This document shows positions 1 through 64,000 of a stretch of DNA of 64,000 nt, in pieces. Numbering within the stretch: position 1 is the stretch's first letter; every line of letters starts with the position of its first letter. Below the pieces are notes generated by a model. It saw only the letters and a list, made by a program, of their open reading frames with translations. It ran no database searches and was not told where the DNA came from. The stretch is taken from the NCBI RefSeq assembly GCF_009914755.1, contig NC_060927.1; one strand, 5' to 3'. The position numbers and the translations under genes are program-made. Source of the DNA: the human T2T-CHM13v2.0 reference genome, Homo sapiens.

Positions 1-400
1 GGCTGCTGGCATCAGCTCCGTCTCTGAATTGCAGTCAGTGTGTAGAATTAGGAGTGGGACAAGAGTCCACCCTGCAAAGCAAAGCTTCACAAGCCCCTCT
101 CTGGGCCTCTGGGCCCTCCCCAGGCCTGAAGCACTTTGTTCTTGGCCTTCCCTGGGAGGACTGGAGAGGCCTGAAGAGACAGATGCAAGTTCACCTGGAG
201 GCCCACAGCAAGGGCCATGAGTTCAGTGTCAGCAGACCCTGGTCACCAGGCCCATCACTAACAAACAGCAGGCTCGGCCTCCCTTCTCCATAAGGGAGAC
301 TCCAGAGGCCTGCAGTGAGGGCTGGCTGAGGGCAGACGTGTGAGACAAGGCTGTGCTCACGAGCTCTCTTTCAGGGGCCAGGGACAGAAGCCCAACTTGA

Positions 401-22958
<22,558 letters not shown>

Positions 22959-23088
22959 TCTTCGCAGACCATAGCTGTTCTGGCTGAAGGCTTAGCAAAG
23001 ATGTTGGCAGAGGAAGCAGAGACTGGGCTGGGTCTCGAGTGGCCCAACTGAGTCCTCTCTGTCTCCTGTGTGCTCCCTTCCTCACCTG

Positions 23089-23094
23089 AATAAA
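23089..23094 (+). terminator. CFAP100 polyadenylation signal AATAAA
   Basis: Canonical hexamer 130 nt after the stop codon, followed by a T/TC-rich tract. Confidence 0.8.
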
Positions 23095-24173
23095 TTCATG
23101 TCTCTCTGGAGTCTTGAAGGCCTGCTTAAGGATGCAGCCACCATTGCCAAATCTCAGCACCCCGCCGGTTCATCATTTAACCCTAAGCAGATGCTTGAGG
23201 GCAAGAGCATGACACCTTGGTTCCCATCTAAAACAGCTGCTCTGCGAGACAAAAGCTAATTCCACGCTGAGTGTAGTGTGAGATCAGCCTCTGTGCAAAG
23301 ACCAAAGAAATACAAGCAGGCAGCTAGGTATATGGCAGGGCCAGCACTACCAACTAAAGGAGAAACAATGGGCTGAATGCCATATATGTAGCTACTTGAA
23401 TTAAGCCAAGGTGAAAAACCTTCGGTGCATGACTATAAGAAAACTTTCATTCATTTGCACTAGGAGTTAGGCCCATCACCGGCAGGGAACCTTGGTGCCC
23501 AGAACACTGGGTGCCAGTCCCAGTCACTTCACGGTGACGTTCCCAGGGAGGCACATGGGAGAAAAATAGAGGCCGAGAGGGCATTCCTGGGGGAAGACTC
23601 TCCTCCCCGATGGAGATGGGGTGGGTGCGGCTCCACCCGCCATGGTGGCCAAAAGCCTCCCATGGAGGGAGGAGGACTCCGGGCCACCTTGGGGCTAAAG
23701 AGCCTGCCAGGTGGGCAAGTTCTCCCCTCGCCTTTAGTTGGTGACAGAGCGCCGGTCTGTGGAGAAGACCCATTTGTCGACGAGGTGTGGATTCTTCCAC
23801 GTGGAACAGCACCTGGGGACAGCACCTCAGAGTGAGACAAGACAGAGGGAGGACTCACTCAAACTTGATGTCACCCCCAAATTCAAGAAACAAACACAGG
23901 GCAGAGTTTGAATGATTCAGTCTGAGAATCAAAACAGCCTCTGAATGAACACATACTTCAAAAGGCACAAGGCAAAAAAAAAAAAAAAAGTCATTTAGGA
24001 GTGACCCTGTGTCATTGCTAAGTTGACAGACTTACAAATAAACATGGGCAAGGTGATCACCTTGTCTCCTTTTACAAGACAGACCTCACTCGGTAAAAAT
24101 ATACACTGACGTATTATGTGCACATCAACCTCAATAATAAAACATACACGCGCCATCACAGTCCTACACATAA

Positions 24174-24179
24174 TTTATG
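24174..24179 (-). terminator. Probable ZXDC long-isoform poly(A) signal, variant CATAAA (TATAAA at 24196-24201 is also a candidate)
   Basis: I found no canonical AATAAA on the - strand nearby; the variant hexamer is followed on the - strand by a GT/T-rich element (tgtgatggcgcgtgtatgttttattattg). Confidence 0.5.
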
Positions 24180-24929
24180 GTATTCAGAACATCACTTTAT
24201 AAACTGTTGCCAAATTACCACTTAAACACTAATATCCAAATACAGAATTTAGAAAATTATTTTAAATTTTAACTCTACCATCCCCCCGAGCTCTCGGCTA
24301 TGAATTTAGTCTGGGAAGAGGGCTCCGTAATAGGCCACTGAGGTCCTCTGTCCCACCACATCATCCTCCCCCGAAAACTAGCTGCCCGACTGCTCTACCA
24401 GACTTGGGCTAGAATTTGGCTTCACGGTGGCAATGGGACCACCTGGGCCCTACAGTGTGGCAAAATCAACTTGCCCACAAACCCCATCCCAGGTGCTGGG
24501 ATGCTAACACACTGAAGCTGAAAGACCACACTTGGTTTTGCCACAGATCAAGCTGCATCTGACTAGACAGCCTGTTCTCTACCCTATTTCCTGCAGAAGT
24601 CTTTTTCTTTGTAATGCAACAAGTGCTACACAGCTCAGATCCAACGGGACACGGGGAAAGAGGCTGTAGTGCACCTAGCCCTGCTGAGGGAGACCCTTGC
24701 CTTGCCAAAGCACTTTGCTCACAAAGGCAGTTTCAAAGAGTATAGCCCGAACTCATTCCTGGTAAAACAAAAGGAAAACATTTTTGATAAATGTACCCAA
24801 AAGTCTCAAAAGGGCTACGCTGGTCTTCTGAACGGAAACCAAATGAGGTCTCCCCAGGCTCATGTCATGAGTCTCAGGGAAGGTGTGTCCTAGACCGTGG
24901 CCTTGGGCCTGCCCAGGCCGAGGCTGCCG

Positions 24930-62420
<37,491 letters not shown>

Positions 62421-62660
62421 CTTGGTCCCAGCGACGGCGTCGGAGCAGCTTCGGACGCAGAGCTGCCCGCGCCCCGCCCAGGTGTGCGTGCGCCGCCCCG
62501 GGACGCGATCCGCGCCAAGCCCCGGCGTAGAGTCCGGCTCGGAACCGCGCGTGCGCGGACGCCGCCGGGCGATGCGCGAGGCCTGCTGGGCTGACGTGAC
62601 GTGAGGCTGGGCTGCGGGGCGCCGGAGGCGGAGGCGGGGGCGGGGCGCCGGGACCGACTA

Positions 62661-62706
62661 GGGCGGGGCGCGGGGTCGGGGGGCGGGGCGCGGGGTCGGG
62701 GGGCGG
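62661..62706. repeat. Perfect 20-nt tandem repeat (gggcggggcgcggggtcggg) x2 plus a partial copy, in the ZXDC promoter
   Basis: 62661-62680 = 62681-62700. Confidence 0.9.
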
Positions 62707-63739
62707 AGCGCCGGCACCTACGAGGGCGAGCGGCGGGGCACGGGACCGACAGGGGACGGGGTGAGGCTCCCCACGCTGAGCGATTCCTTCTCGTTCCCGC
62801 TGGCGTGGAAGACGAGGCTTGTCTTGACTTCGAATCGTATTAATATTTCAGACACTTAACAGGCAACCTCTCGTAGGCATTGACTGCGTCCCAGGGGCTG
62901 TACCTGTCCGAGCTGATTAAGCGTGCGCGGTCACCCAGGGGTGAGGAAACAGGGACGGCGAGCTCGAGTCACTCGGCAGCCGGCAGATCCAGGATTCGAA
63001 CCTGTCCAACAGGCCGGACGCCTACCCCCAGCTCACTTAAGTGCAAGCTCGCCTGCCGCCGCTGGCGCACAGACCTCGTTTGCTTTGGCCCAGGTCCTTG
63101 CTCGGCACACGGGGCCTCCCTGATACGCAGGACCCCTGCCTGTATTTCCAACTGTATTTCCTACTAAACTTGGCACAACCTCACTCTGCAACAGCTTAAT
63201 TACTTACTGTTTCCGGTCCTCACCCTCCCCCACCTCACCGTACACCTCCGCATTCAATCTGGACTCCTCCACTTCAACTTCACCACCACTCAGATCCAAA
63301 CCCGCACTTTATTCCTGGGTACCTGAAAAATAACTACTAGCTGGTCATCGGTCTCCCTCCGCTCCACTCGCTCCCATCCACGGGGCACCGTTTTATGATC
63401 TAAAAATTGCACATCAAATTATGCTCACCTCCACCTTGCTCCCGAAGGCGCCTATGGCCTTGCTAGTCTACCCTCCCCTACCTGTTTGCCCTCACTTCCC
63501 GCCACTCTCCCGCTGCCCCCCCCACCCCTCCCCCGCACCCCACCTCTTTTTCCCAGTTCATCCAGCAAGCCAAGCTGGTTCCAGCCTCAGAGACTTGGCG
63601 CAGCTGATCTCTGATTCCTCTGGGAGGACTCTGCGCCCCTTCTGATCCAAAGCACATGCTTACCCAGTCCCGTATTCCCACCTCTGTCTGATCTGTTTGC
63701 TCTTAGAGCTCTCATCACCCGTTGTTTTGTTGAGTTCCT

Positions 63740-63860
63740 TCCCTGCTCCTTCACTGTCTCTCCCTCTCTGGAATGTAGGCTCCTGGAGCCCAGGAACTGT
63801 GTCCTATTCACTGTGTGTGCCCAGGAAGACTCTTGGTGCATATTTGTTAAATACATGAAT
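63740..63860. mobile_element. L2/MIR-type relic
   Basis: ctggaatgtaggctcctggag...caggaactgtgtc...tcactg...atatttgttaaat. Confidence 0.5.
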
Positions 63861-64000
63861 GCTTTATTATTAAGAGTATTTTTTTAAGTAACACAAATTA
63901 TAATATTAAAAAGAATAGGATACATCTATTATATATATCAGTTTATGCCGAAAACATATTGTTCCTAGACCATTCAGTAGAGGAAAGAATAGTCATTTCA

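Overview
Vertebrate, Alu-bearing primate genomic DNA. I recognise it as the human CFAP100 (CCDC37)-ZXDC locus on chr3q21. The + strand carries the last 14 coding exons of CFAP100 (600-22958); its 5' exons lie upstream of the window and its AATAAA is at 23089. The - strand carries the complete 10-exon ZXDC gene (ATG 62420, stop 24930-24932; 858 aa; ten C2H2 fingers), with a CpG-island promoter at about 62.4-62.8 kb. The two genes converge tail-to-tail about 1 kb apart. I checked all coding exon boundaries for GT-AG and phase continuity. Introns hold many Alus, L1 fragments, MaLR and MER21-like LTRs, Tigger/MER5 DNA transposons and MIR/L2 relics; repeat boundaries are approximate. There are no prokaryotic-type systems (CRISPR, operons, rRNA/tRNA) and nothing I can call a demonstrably new system. 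The best leads are: a stop-free, finger-registered ZXDC exon 2-4 block flanked by inverted Alus (circRNA or rolling-circle candidate); a candidate GC-donor poison exon in ZXDC intron 6; the 710-aa read-through isoform; and a 104-nt direct repeat bracketing an in-frame pair of CFAP100 exons.
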